From IMG/VR virus record IMGVR_UViG_3300044951_001887, positions 5,168 through 69,167 of that record: a stretch of 64,000 bases of DNA; one strand, given 5' to 3'. The notes under the pieces were generated by a model, which saw only the letters and a list, made by a program, of their open reading frames with translations, did no database searches and was not told the origin of the DNA. A program made the position numbers and the translations under genes. Of this stretch, positions 1 to 9,667 are shown in pieces. Source of the stretch: a virus. Each line of letters opens with the position of its first letter. Position 1 is the stretch's first letter.

Positions 1-62
1 CTCGCAATAAGGCACGGTGAGTTGGTGGATTATGTTGATGGTTTAATTAAAGCGCAGGCTAA

Positions 63-1181
63 ATGACAAGAGATATTTCAGTTCCGTTATCCGAATCACT
101 GATCGACAAACTCAAGGAAGGCTCAAAAGAAGACTGCATTGCGGACTTGGTCGAAATGGTTGAGCGGGAGCCTGAAAAGGTCATCAGCCGCAACTATTAT
201 CGAGTTCACGGCAAGTACGCAGAATCGGTTTGGAGCGCCTGGGCAGGTACATTTTCCGAATTCAAACGCCAAGCCGGCGTCGTTCTTTCCCGTCAGCAAC
301 ACGCGATGGAAAGATCCATTGCAAAACATGCCTCTGTGGACCACTACAGACGCCTTACGGTCGAGCGAATGGATTATGGCGACAAGTATCTACGCGAGAA
401 TTCAAATCGCTTTAAGACCATTCTGGCGTGTTCTGATCTGCACGACGTTGAAGTAGACCCTTTCTTCCTCCGCGTACTGATCGATACCGCCCAACGCGTT
501 CAGCCGGATGTGATTTCGCTGGTCGGTGACATCTTCGATTTGGCTGAGTTCGGCAAGTACACCGTCGATCCGCGCGATTGGGATGTGGTAGGTCGCATCA
601 AGTTTGCCCATGACAACATCTTGAAACCGCTGCGCGAAGCTTGCCCCAATGCTCAGATTGACTTCATCGAGGGCAATCATGAAGCGAGACTGCTGCGTCA
701 GCTTGCGGACGCGACACCAGCGCTCAGAGCGGTTCTGTCAGACCTTCACGGATTCACGGTAGGCAAGTTGCTTGGTTTGGAGCAGTTCGAAATCAACTAC
801 GTTGCAAAGTCAGACCTTGCGGCCTGGACGAAGCGTGACTTCGAAAAAGAGCTTGCCAACAACTACAAGGTTTACTGGGACACGGTCATGTGCCACCACT
901 TTCCACACGCCCGCAACATGGGTCTGCCGGGAGTGAATGGACACCACCACCAACATCAGACTTGGGGCATGTTCAGTCCCGTTTTCGGCGCCTACGAATG
1001 GCACCAGATGGGCGCCGGCCACAAGCGTAGCGCTTCGTATTGTGAGGGTGAGAAGTGGCATAACGGCTTCGCCCTGATCAATGTCGATACGCACACCAAG
1101 GCAACCAACTTCGATTACGTCTCGGTGACTGACTTCGCCATTTCTGGTGGCAAGTGGTATCACCGAAACTCCCTCGAATAA
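63..1181 (+). CDS. Calcineurin-like metallophosphoesterase
   Basis: Motifs SDLHD, GDIFD, EGNHE and GHHH are present. Confidence 0.8.
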   Translation: MTRDISVPLSESLIDKLKEGSKEDCIADLVEMVEREPEKVISRNYYRVHGKYAESVWSAWAGTFSEFKRQAGVVLSRQQHAMERSIAKHASVDHYRRLTVERMDYGDKYLRENSNRFKTILACSDLHDVEVDPFFLRVLIDTAQRVQPDVISLVGDIFDLAEFGKYTVDPRDWDVVGRIKFAHDNILKPLREACPNAQIDFIEGNHEARLLRQLADATPALRAVLSDLHGFTVGKLLGLEQFEINYVAKSDLAAWTKRDFEKELANNYKVYWDTVMCHHFPHARNMGLPGVNGHHHQHQTWGMFSPVFGAYEWHQMGAGHKRSASYCEGEKWHNGFALINVDTHTKATNFDYVSVTDFAISGGKWYHRNSLE

Positions 1182-1246
1182 TAGGACAAAGAATAAGTCA
1201 CTACTGAGAGTGATTTCAGATTCCCACAACCACAGCAGGAAACCAC

Positions 1247-2017
1247 ATGGCTCGCAACAGCGGTAGAAAATTTCCCAAACGTCAACGCGGCAACGACACG
1301 TATGAGGAAATGGATCAAATTCCGGACAGAGTTGAATATCAGCAGGTAAAGCGAAGCACTTCGCCTCTCAAGCCCCTCAACGACGCGCAGGGGCGCTATC
1401 TTGACGCCATGAAGACGTTTACCCTGACCTTTGCAACCGGTTCAGCCGGCACCGGCAAAACATGGTTGTGCGCAGCCCTAGCGGCTCAAATGCTTGAGAG
1501 TGGGCAAATCAACAAGATCATCATCACCCGACCGGCGGTAGAGGCGGGCGAATCACTGGGTTTCCTGCCTGGCGAAATCGAAGAAAAATTCGATCCGTAC
1601 TTGCAACCGTTCCGCGACGTTCTGAACGAGCGCTTGGGTAAGACCCATGTGGAATATTTGGTCAAGCGCGGCGTGATTGAAGCGGCACCGCTGGCGTACA
1701 TGCGGGGCAAGACGTTCAAGAACGCCTTCGTAATTCTGGACGAAGGTCAAAATACCACGCCGAGCCAAATGAAGATGTTTCTGACCCGTATCGGACACGA
1801 CTGCAAGGTGGTTGTGAACGGCGACATCAGTCAGAAGGACATCATGGGCAAGTCTGGGCTTGATGATGCCGTGGAACGACTGTCTTGGATTCCGTCAATC
1901 AAGCACATCGAGTTCACCCGTTCCGACGTTGTTCGCAGCGGTTTGTGCCAAGAAATCGTGCAAGCGTATGAAGATGGCCCGGTCATCCCGCGTCGTCGGG
2001 GTGTCTCTATCGGGTAA
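1247..2017 (+). CDS. phoH: PhoH-like ATPase
   Basis: GSAGTGKT Walker A, RPAVEAGESLGFLPG, YMRGKT, LDEGQN, VVRS. Confidence 0.95.
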   Translation: MARNSGRKFPKRQRGNDTYEEMDQIPDRVEYQQVKRSTSPLKPLNDAQGRYLDAMKTFTLTFATGSAGTGKTWLCAALAAQMLESGQINKIIITRPAVEAGESLGFLPGEIEEKFDPYLQPFRDVLNERLGKTHVEYLVKRGVIEAAPLAYMRGKTFKNAFVILDEGQNTTPSQMKMFLTRIGHDCKVVVNGDISQKDIMGKSGLDDAVERLSWIPSIKHIEFTRSDVVRSGLCQEIVQAYEDGPVIPRRRGVSIG

Positions 2018-2107
2018 CTTGGGAATCACTTGGGCATTCCGACGCTTATCGCTATAAGTAAACTGTCTCTATAGTAAAGTCACTATTCACTGACTATTGA
2101 GCGCGGA

Positions 2108-2836
2108 ATGATCCAACACCCAACATGGCTAGGGAACTTCTACGGAGGCAGATTCGGCTTCCTGAACTACGAAGTTCTGACGATCCAAAATATCCCTCAC
2201 AAAGAACTGAAGCCGGAAGCAGGCTTGATGCTGTCGAAGTGGTTCGACTATCGCAAGTTGCATCCGATGCAGGCGACCTACTACTTCGTCAAGTGCTACA
2301 CGGACGCGTATCGCAACTTTTGTAGAAAGGCAGTCAACTTCGAAACGGCTGACTATATAAGCTCGATCAAGGGCAAAGATTTTCTCAAGGCGAGAGAGAT
2401 GCTTTCGTTTTGGCGCTTGCGTCAACTGGTCGATCAAACCGGCATGAGGTATGACTTTTTCCTAAGCTTTGCGATGTCCTGGTTCTACCGAATGGTCAGC
2501 GTCGATGGCAAGGTCTACCCGCCGCGCCCCGCGCATCTACTGAGAAACGAGGATCTGATCGCGGAAGTCATGATCGCTTGGGAAGAGCAGTGTTCGGTAT
2601 CCCTTCAAGTAGCTCGCGACCCCTACTACCGCGTCGTAAACTTCACCGGTAGCAAAAATCAGCTTGCGCATGAAGCGTTCGTGATTGGTCAGGCTAAGGC
2701 TAGACGTTTCCCCGAATATTCATTGCGGTCTTTGATTTATGAATTTGACGCCATTCGAATTGAAGAGGCGCTTCGTCGCTTTGATCAGCGTGTAGTTTTG
2801 AGTGCGATTCCTCCCGTTGAGGTTTTGCAAGAATAA
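2108..2836 (+). CDS. Hypothetical phage protein upstream of the replication genes
   Basis: 242-aa ORF collinear with the operon; no motif recognised. Confidence 0.6.
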   Translation: MIQHPTWLGNFYGGRFGFLNYEVLTIQNIPHKELKPEAGLMLSKWFDYRKLHPMQATYYFVKCYTDAYRNFCRKAVNFETADYISSIKGKDFLKAREMLSFWRLRQLVDQTGMRYDFFLSFAMSWFYRMVSVDGKVYPPRPAHLLRNEDLIAEVMIAWEEQCSVSLQVARDPYYRVVNFTGSKNQLAHEAFVIGQAKARRFPEYSLRSLIYEFDAIRIEEALRRFDQRVVLSAIPPVEVLQE

Positions 2837-2892
2837 GTCATTGCTGACTATAGTTCAACTGTCGTTTGACACTAACTTTTAGGAGAAGAAAA

Positions 2893-3207
2893 ATGGAACA
2901 CCAACAATTTGAAGGCTACCCGAAATCGGTTTCAAGGCCCATTTTGGGCGCCGATCGCAAGCAGAAGTCTCAGGTATCCCCAAAGGGTCATGAGGCTTAC
3001 CTGAAGGCTCTGGAGGCGTCTGGCGCTACCGTTACCATCGAGAAGATGAGCAGCGGCGAGCAAATCTCAGGACAAATCAAAACAAGCGACAAATTCACCA
3101 TATCCGTGAAGGTCTTCGTTCAGGGTGGCGATAGCTACATTACGCGCGTCTTATTCAAGCATGACGTTTCTGAATTCAGGGCATCCAGGCCGGAGTTCGA
3201 TCAATGA
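2893..3207 (+). CDS. Hfq/LSm-like RNA chaperone
   Basis: EAYLKAL..VTIE..SGEQISGQIKTSDKFTISV...VLFKHDVS aligns with the Hfq Sm1/Sm2 motifs; AGGAG RBS precedes ATG 2893. Confidence 0.75.
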   Translation: MEHQQFEGYPKSVSRPILGADRKQKSQVSPKGHEAYLKALEASGATVTIEKMSSGEQISGQIKTSDKFTISVKVFVQGGDSYITRVLFKHDVSEFRASRPEFDQ

Positions 3208-4625
3208 GTGAGGCCGCAGAGGCAGAAAAGTCAATCGTTGCAATGATCGGCGATAGCTATTCTGGCGTCTCTGAGCCGGTTGAAGAGGTTGAAAAGTTCG
3301 ATTTCGAGGCGGACTTTCAGACGGCGGTCGCCGCTTTGGTTTGTCGCGATGGCGAGTTCATGCGTCGCGCTTCGCATCTGATCAAACCCGACTATTTCGA
3401 AAACGTCGGCGAGGCGTCTTTAGTGAATCTGGTCGTTCAGCATTACGCGAAATATCGTTGTATTCCCGACAACGTGACGACGGCCAGTTTGATACGTGAC
3501 GCGGCGAAGTCTGGGGCGATCAGAAAGGACGTTTTGCCGGAACTTTTGACTGCCAGAAAGAAGATCATCAGCGACGCCTTAACCAGCCGTGAGTACGTTG
3601 AGGACAAGCTTGCGCAGTTCGTTCGTCACCAAGCGGTCGGTGCGGCGATCATGAAGTCGGTCGCTTTGCGTGAAACGGGCCAGTTCGACAAGATCGAAAA
3701 GCTGATGAAGGCCGCGATCGAAATTGGGCTGAATGAGGATGGTGACGCGTATAGCTACTTTGACAACATCGATGAGCGAACAGAGGCACGTCTTGATATT
3801 GCGTCGGGCAAGAGACAGCCGCAGGGCATCACTACTGGCGTTATGAAACTGGACGAATTGCTGTATCACCGGGGTTGGGGCCGCAAAGAGCTGGCTTCAA
3901 TTATGGGTGGTGCAAAGTCGGGCAAAACGACGGCGCTGATCAACTTCGCAAAGGCCGCTTCGCTTGCCGGCCACAACGTTCTGTACATCACGTTGGAGGT
4001 TGGATCGGGCATTGTGTCTGACCGTATGGATGCTTCTCTGACAGAAACGCTAATGAGCGAGCTGGCCGTCAAGCTGCACCATGTTCGCGAAAAGGTCGAG
4101 TTGGCAAGAAAGAAGGCTGGAAAGCTGGAAATCTGTGAGTACGCTTCCGGCACGATGAACGGCAAGATGTTGCGTGAGCGAATCGAGTCCTACAAGTCAC
4201 CGGGCCGCAACAAAGACGGCAGCGTTCGCGCTCCAATCAAGTTCGATCTGGTGGTCGTTGACTATGCAGACATCATGGCGCCAATCTTTCGAACGAACGA
4301 CGCCATTGAAAATTCCAAGTCGGTCTATGTTGACTTGCGGGCTATCGCTTTCGAGGAAGACGTAGCGATGCTGACGGCAACGCAAACGAACAGGGAAGGG
4401 CACAAGGCAACGGTTGCGCTTGCCACACACGTTTCGGATGACTTCAACAAGGTTAGGACTGTCGACTTGATGATTTCAATCAACAAGACGGAAGAAGAGG
4501 CGCGTGACGGGGTGGCTCGTCTGTACTTTGCCGCCTCGCGAAATCAGCGCTCCGGCTTTACTGTCGTGGTCAAGCAAAACTTGGAATGTATGCAGTTCAT
4601 CACTGGCGTTCTGAGGATCGAATAG
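3204..4625 (+). CDS. DnaB-like replicative helicase
   Basis: GGAKSGKT Walker A, YITLE, VVVDYAD, TATQTNR. Confidence 0.9.
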   Translation: MSEAAEAEKSIVAMIGDSYSGVSEPVEEVEKFDFEADFQTAVAALVCRDGEFMRRASHLIKPDYFENVGEASLVNLVVQHYAKYRCIPDNVTTASLIRDAAKSGAIRKDVLPELLTARKKIISDALTSREYVEDKLAQFVRHQAVGAAIMKSVALRETGQFDKIEKLMKAAIEIGLNEDGDAYSYFDNIDERTEARLDIASGKRQPQGITTGVMKLDELLYHRGWGRKELASIMGGAKSGKTTALINFAKAASLAGHNVLYITLEVGSGIVSDRMDASLTETLMSELAVKLHHVREKVELARKKAGKLEICEYASGTMNGKMLRERIESYKSPGRNKDGSVRAPIKFDLVVVDYADIMAPIFRTNDAIENSKSVYVDLRAIAFEEDVAMLTATQTNREGHKATVALATHVSDDFNKVRTVDLMISINKTEEEARDGVARLYFAASRNQRSGFTVVVKQNLECMQFITGVLRIE

Positions 4626-5704
4626 TGACCGCCGGTAACGAAGAGCTTGGCGAGATTCTGGATGAGATTGATATTGAGTCGTGGCTTGACCGCGAAGGTA
4701 TCAGGTATCGGGTAACTCGCGGCTCCAGAGGCATTCAGTTGAACGTCAGGGAATGCCCCTGTTGTGGCAATTCGCACTACAAGGTCTTTCTCAATCAGGA
4801 GACGGGGCTTGGCAATTGCTTCTCTGGCGACTGCGAGCAGACTTTCAATAAGTGGAGCTTCATTCGTCACAGTCTTGGGCTGACGAATCGCCAGGTTGTC
4901 GAGCATGTCAAGGAGTTTGCGAGAGAGCAGGGTTGGAAGCCGAGACGCGTCAAGTCGGCGGCGGTGGATCTGAAAACGAATTTGGTTTTGCCCGAATCGG
5001 TTGAGCTGCCGATCGGTAACAAGAACATGAAGTATTTGAACAATCGCGGAATCAGTGGCGAGATTACCCGCTACTTCAATCTGCGTTATTCGCAAAGCGG
5101 CAAGTTTAGCTACGTGGGCGAGGACGAGAAGGTTCGAACTCAGTCGTATGCTAAGCGAATCATCATCCCGGTGTTTGACCTTGACGGCGACCTTGTCAGC
5201 TTTCAAGGCAGGGACATTACCGGGCTTGCTGAAAAGAAGTACCTTTTTCCGCCGGGCTTTGCATCGACAGGCACGCATATTTACAACGCTCATAACGCGC
5301 ATGGCGTAGAGGACGTTGTAATCGGTGAGGGTGTCTTTGACGTGATGGCAATCAAGATTGCGCTCGATGGGCAGAAAGAGCTTCGCGCCATTACGCCGCT
5401 CGGGACATTCGGCAAGCACCTTTCACACGGCGATGACGCCAGTCAGCTTGCGAAGTTGGTGAGGCTTAGAGAGGCTGGACTGAAGCGCGTTACGTTCATG
5501 TGGGATGGCGAACCAAAGGCGATAGAAGCAGCGATCGAATCGGCGCTGCTGCTGCGTAAATATGGCTTTGTCGCCAGAGTCGCAATTTTGCCGAAAGGGC
5601 GTGATCCAAATGAGGTTCCGGCGTCGGTTGTGCGGGATGCGTATTGGAAGGCGACGGCAATTAACGAAGGCAGTGCGGTTCGCTTGCTTTTAGCGAATAA
5701 GTAA
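4625..5704 (+). CDS. DNA primase (Zn finger + TOPRIM)
   Basis: CPCC..C..C Zn finger, RIIIP, GEGVFD, WDGE, DPNE; GTG start overlaps the helicase stop. Confidence 0.9.
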   Translation: MTAGNEELGEILDEIDIESWLDREGIRYRVTRGSRGIQLNVRECPCCGNSHYKVFLNQETGLGNCFSGDCEQTFNKWSFIRHSLGLTNRQVVEHVKEFAREQGWKPRRVKSAAVDLKTNLVLPESVELPIGNKNMKYLNNRGISGEITRYFNLRYSQSGKFSYVGEDEKVRTQSYAKRIIIPVFDLDGDLVSFQGRDITGLAEKKYLFPPGFASTGTHIYNAHNAHGVEDVVIGEGVFDVMAIKIALDGQKELRAITPLGTFGKHLSHGDDASQLAKLVRLREAGLKRVTFMWDGEPKAIEAAIESALLLRKYGFVARVAILPKGRDPNEVPASVVRDAYWKATAINEGSAVRLLLANK

Positions 5705-5769
5705 GTCAATAATGACTATACTTATAGAAGTTAAATTGATTATGCGCTTGTGCGCTTGGGGGTTATCCG

Positions 5770-6237
5770 ATGAGTGACGTTATTATTGATTCTGCTTATT
5801 TCGGTCACGATAGCGGAACGAAGTTTTATGAAGTTAATTCGTTTGCAAACGCCAGTGAAAACACATTTATTCTGGTAAAGCGTTATGGCGCGTCAACAGC
5901 GTCAAGAAATGGTGGGGCGATAAAAATTGAGCATGAAGTCAGTCGAGAGTATTTGAAGGTTGCCTTCAATAACGCGATAAGAGATAGGCTAAGAAGAAAG
6001 GCTGGGAATGGGGGCTTCTATGAAAAGATGGAATCTTCAAGCCATATTAAAGGCTCGGGCGTTGCTACTGGTGATCATATAGAAGACTTGATTCAACGGC
6101 ACTATAAGCCAATTGCCGCGTCTCAAGTATTGGAAGCGCTGACGATGACAAAGTCTACGAACACGGCAAAGCCGAATTTCATAGTTCAAGATCCAGTTGA
6201 AGAGCCGCTTCGCGAACCGGATTGGGGAAGTTGGTGA
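5770..6237 (+). CDS. Hypothetical protein, C-terminus PDWGSW
   Basis: ORF downstream of an operator/promoter. Confidence 0.6.
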   Translation: MSDVIIDSAYFGHDSGTKFYEVNSFANASENTFILVKRYGASTASRNGGAIKIEHEVSREYLKVAFNNAIRDRLRRKAGNGGFYEKMESSSHIKGSGVATGDHIEDLIQRHYKPIAASQVLEALTMTKSTNTAKPNFIVQDPVEEPLREPDWGSW

Positions 6238-6440
6238 GTGAATTATTAACGGGGATTTCCAATATAACCGGCATTGATTGGAAGGCGCTTGTTGCAGAAG
6301 ACCCAACCGCTTTTAACTCAATCCTGAACGCGGTTAGTAATATACGTTCTGAAGAAGCAAAGAAAGCGCGAGAGAAAGAACCCGCTAAGTTCTCTCGGAC
6401 GCAAGACAAATCTGTCTATCCCGATTTTGGCGATTGGTAA
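6234..6440 (+). CDS. Hypothetical protein, C-terminus PDFGDW
   Basis: GTGA overlap with the upstream stop. Confidence 0.55.
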   Translation: MSELLTGISNITGIDWKALVAEDPTAFNSILNAVSNIRSEEAKKAREKEPAKFSRTQDKSVYPDFGDW

Positions 6441-6450
6441 GGAGAATTAA

Positions 6451-7044
6451 ATGAGTCAATTTGTTGATGAAGAGGTATATCCGGTTTCTGAATCTAGCAA
6501 GGGCTACAACGCATTCAGCGTCACCAATTGCGAATCGGCTGGTCATCAGCCAAGTTATTGCATTTGCTTGATGAAGATTGACGCAATGCGCCGCGATGGG
6601 AATTTGCGCGGCCTGTCTTGCGAGTCGGACATCTCCAATAAGACTTGTATTGCGTTGAATATGCGAGAAGAAGAAGTCACGGCGGGTAAGGCGATTTATT
6701 TTCTGAATCGCAAAAAACTCAACGAGTTCAACAATGCGCGTGACGCCAAAATGGTCGTTAAGGTAACGCCAAGCAATAAGCCGAGAAGGGCTATTTCACC
6801 CGAAGCGGAAGCAAGAGTTGCCAGTCAGTTTGAACATTCGCAACCCATTCAGCCAGTCATTCGAAAGTTGGAACCGGCGATCGAATCGGGTTCTTACGCT
6901 GACGCAATCAATTCGGCTATCGCTGAAAGTTTAAAACCGAAGGAACCCGCTCTTGTAAAAGAGCAAATCAATACCCCGCCACCGTCGGCGGGAATGAGTA
7001 TGCGGGAATTGGCTCGATTGAGTCTTGCTGCGAAAAATCAGTAA
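6451..7044 (+). CDS. Hypothetical Cys-containing phage protein
   Basis: AAGGAG RBS; 197 aa. Confidence 0.6.
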   Translation: MSQFVDEEVYPVSESSKGYNAFSVTNCESAGHQPSYCICLMKIDAMRRDGNLRGLSCESDISNKTCIALNMREEEVTAGKAIYFLNRKKLNEFNNARDAKMVVKVTPSNKPRRAISPEAEARVASQFEHSQPIQPVIRKLEPAIESGSYADAINSAIAESLKPKEPALVKEQINTPPPSAGMSMRELARLSLAAKNQ

Positions 7045-7058
7045 TCAAAGGAGAAACT

Positions 7059-7358
7059 ATGGAACACGAAAATATGGAAAATCCCGAAGTGGCAGAAATC
7101 GCCGCCACTTTCAAAGAATATCAATCCAAGCTGAATGAAGTCATCAGAGGTATGGTTGAGGATGGTGCAAACCCACCTATTTTGGCTTTTGCTTTGGGCT
7201 TTCAAATGGCTGAACTGGCGGCAAGCTTCATGAGCTTTCACGAATACGACGCCGACAGGGCATGTAACGCCTTCGATACGATGACGGCGGATATTCGGAC
7301 GGGTTTTGTTGAAATGCTCGAATTGTCGCTGGCTCAAGTTGAAAAGGCTAAAGCATGA
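7059..7358 (+). CDS. Hypothetical protein
   Basis: AAGGAG RBS; stop overlaps the ligase start. Confidence 0.55.
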   Translation: MEHENMENPEVAEIAATFKEYQSKLNEVIRGMVEDGANPPILAFALGFQMAELAASFMSFHEYDADRACNAFDTMTADIRTGFVEMLELSLAQVEKAKA

Positions 7359-8746
7359 ATTCCAACGACATTTTTCAACTGATCGAAAACGTCGCTGCGA
7401 CGGCCAGCAAAAACGAGAAGCAGGCTCTCGTTACGCGGTACATGAAGGAAGACCTCTTCAAGCGCGTCTGTCAGTACGCCTATGACCCGTTCAAGACCTA
7501 CGGCATTCGCAAGCGTCCAGAGACGACCCGCGAGAACGGAAACGCCGAATTTGATCCCGGCACCTGGAATCTTTTGGATGATTTGATCGCCCGTCGCCTT
7601 ACCGGCAACAACGCAATCGATGCGGTACGCGGTGAAATGACGGCGCTCTCGAAAGATTCTTCCGAGTTGTTATGGCGGATCATCAGCAAGGATCTTCGCG
7701 CCGGCTTCAGCGAGTCCACGATCAACAAGGCGTCGAAAGGGCTGATACCGGACTTCCCCTACATGCGCTGTTCGTTGCCAAAAGACGCAAAGCTGGAAGA
7801 GTGGCCGTTCGATTCAATCGGCTGTCTCAGCCAAGAAAAAGCAGACGGCATGTTTGCCAACATCGATCATGAAGTTGGCGGGCTTGTGAGTATTCGCAGT
7901 CGTCAGGGTTCGGAATTCCCGATTGACAAGTTTCCTCGCATCGTCGAGGAAGTCAAAAAACGTCTGTATCCGGATCATCAACAACACGGCGAGATTGTCG
8001 TTGTTCGCGACGGTGTTGTCTGTAAGCGTGAAATTGGCAACGGCATTCTGAACAGCGTGCTGAATGGTGGCGACTTCGCCGAAAACGAATATCCGGTGTA
8101 TTTGATTTGGGATCAAATTCCACTTGAGTCGGTGGTGACTAAAGGAAAGTACGACATGCCGTACAGACACCGTCTCGCCAGCGTGATCAGACAGTTAAGC
8201 GGTCAGACTGGTGACAGCTTGATGCTGATTCCGACAAAGGTTGTCAAGTCGCTGGCCGAAGCTTACGCACACGCCGCCGAATTGATGAAGACCGGCAAGG
8301 AAGGGTCTGTGGTCAAGAATCCCGAAGGTATTTGGAAGGACGGCACCAGCAAGCACCAAGTCAAGCTGAAATTGGAATTCGAAGTCGATCTGGTGGTAAT
8401 TGGAATCGAATTGGGTCGCATCGGTTCGAAGAATGAAGGAAGGCCGGGTGCGCTTGCTTGCGAAACGTCGGACGGTAAGCTTCGCACATCTGTTGCCGTG
8501 AAGAATGAGGCGATGCGTGACAACGTCGAGAGAGACCCGGAAGATTGGATCGATCGCATCATTCCGGTGACGGCAAACGACATCATGATGCCTGGCGGCA
8601 GCAGCGACTTTCACGCACTGTTCTTGCCGCGTATGACTGAAGCGAACTACCGCACGGATAAAACCGAGGCGGACAGTTTGACTCGCGTCTTCAAACAAAA
8701 AGACGCCGCGATCTTCGGTAAATCCATCTTGAGCGACGCGCTGTGA
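7355..8746 (+). CDS. ATP-dependent DNA ligase
   Basis: EKADG adenylation motif, HGEIV, EGSVVK, KLK, LFLPR. Confidence 0.92.
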   Translation: MNSNDIFQLIENVAATASKNEKQALVTRYMKEDLFKRVCQYAYDPFKTYGIRKRPETTRENGNAEFDPGTWNLLDDLIARRLTGNNAIDAVRGEMTALSKDSSELLWRIISKDLRAGFSESTINKASKGLIPDFPYMRCSLPKDAKLEEWPFDSIGCLSQEKADGMFANIDHEVGGLVSIRSRQGSEFPIDKFPRIVEEVKKRLYPDHQQHGEIVVVRDGVVCKREIGNGILNSVLNGGDFAENEYPVYLIWDQIPLESVVTKGKYDMPYRHRLASVIRQLSGQTGDSLMLIPTKVVKSLAEAYAHAAELMKTGKEGSVVKNPEGIWKDGTSKHQVKLKLEFEVDLVVIGIELGRIGSKNEGRPGALACETSDGKLRTSVAVKNEAMRDNVERDPEDWIDRIIPVTANDIMMPGGSSDFHALFLPRMTEANYRTDKTEADSLTRVFKQKDAAIFGKSILSDAL

Positions 8747-9006
8747 ACCAGGCGGAGTTCGACGCCGTAAAGAGCACCTTCCCCTGGACTGAGCAAGTTC
8801 AGGTTATTGGTCCTGGCGGGTTGGTTCGGATGATTGACCGTTACGGTAGAGAAGTGCCTATCTTTACTATGACTCAGTTCTTGATGTTGATTACAGACAA
8901 GATGCAACCGCAACCGCAACCGCAACCGCAACCGCAACCGCAACCGCAACCGCAACCGCAACCGCAACCGCAACCGCAACCGCAAGACGAAACAGTTCCG
9001 GGGTGA
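8743..9006 (+). CDS. Hypothetical protein with a (QP)13 tract
   Basis: Overlaps the ligase stop; contains the CAACCG repeat. Confidence 0.55.
   Translation: MNQAEFDAVKSTFPWTEQVQVIGPGGLVRMIDRYGREVPIFTMTQFLMLITDKMQPQPQPQPQPQPQPQPQPQPQPQPQPQDETVPG
8905..8985 (+). repeat. Perfect hexanucleotide tandem repeat (CAACCG)13 + CAA
   Basis: Read directly. Confidence 0.95.
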
Positions 9007-9030
9007 TAGTCTTGAGTGAAGGAGAAGCAC

Positions 9031-9432
9031 ATGCCTTCACTCAAACTCTTCACAGCAGGACAGTTACGTCGAGGTCTTGAATCTCTATCAAGGCCAGCGC
9101 CAGCAGCAATCATGTTTGGCCTTGAGTCCGGGCTTGACATCGACTCCGTGGTCACTCTGACTTGGTCAGGCGCCAAAAAATATAAATCATGCGTCACATA
9201 CGTTGGTCGCGTCCTTGATCTTCAGCCGATTCACATTCGCAGCAAGTATGTTTTTTGGCGCCTTGAGTCTGATGGTTCGCCGTCTCTCTTGTTCGGAATC
9301 AACCAAGAAATCTTCGATGCTTTTGGCATGGTCTGGGGAGAACTTGATCTGGCTTACAAGACGATGCTCATGATCGATGAGGACGCAGAGGCGGCAGACC
9401 TTCTAAATCGCGTCAGTCGTCATGACTCGTAA
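9031..9432 (+). CDS. Hypothetical protein
   Basis: GGAG RBS before ATG 9031. Confidence 0.55.
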   Translation: MPSLKLFTAGQLRRGLESLSRPAPAAIMFGLESGLDIDSVVTLTWSGAKKYKSCVTYVGRVLDLQPIHIRSKYVFWRLESDGSPSLLFGINQEIFDAFGMVWGELDLAYKTMLMIDEDAEAADLLNRVSRHDS

Positions 9433-9447
9433 GTGTATGATTACAAA

Positions 9448-9506
9448 GGTAGAGCGTCTGCCTTACACGCAGAATGTCAGCGGTTCGAGCCCGTTAGCAC
9501 CCACCA
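9448..9506 (+). mobile_element. attP-like core: 3' portion of tRNA-Val(TAC)
   Basis: GGTAGAGCG-TCTGC-CTTACAC-GCAGA...GGTTCGAGCCC...GCACCCACCA. The 5' acceptor strand is missing, and the fragment lies directly upstream of the integrase. Confidence 0.85.
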
Positions 9507-9667
9507 GATATTTGTAACAAAATCAAAGACTTAGCGGAAATTCGATAGGTCTGATGATTTGTTTGACGCCTTCAACTACACTCTATCCCACTCTAAGACG
9601 CTCACAAAAACGTCAAAGACGACCGTATGACATGCCGTTAGGCAGAATGTTGGGAAGGGGTGGTCAA

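Noticed and set aside
8647-9197. Poly-RL and poly-CG ORFs on the - strand
   Set aside because: They are alternative-frame readings of the CAACCG repeat
9431-9506. Functional tRNA-Val gene
   Set aside because: The 5' acceptor strand and D-stem 5' strand are absent, so it is better explained as an att core
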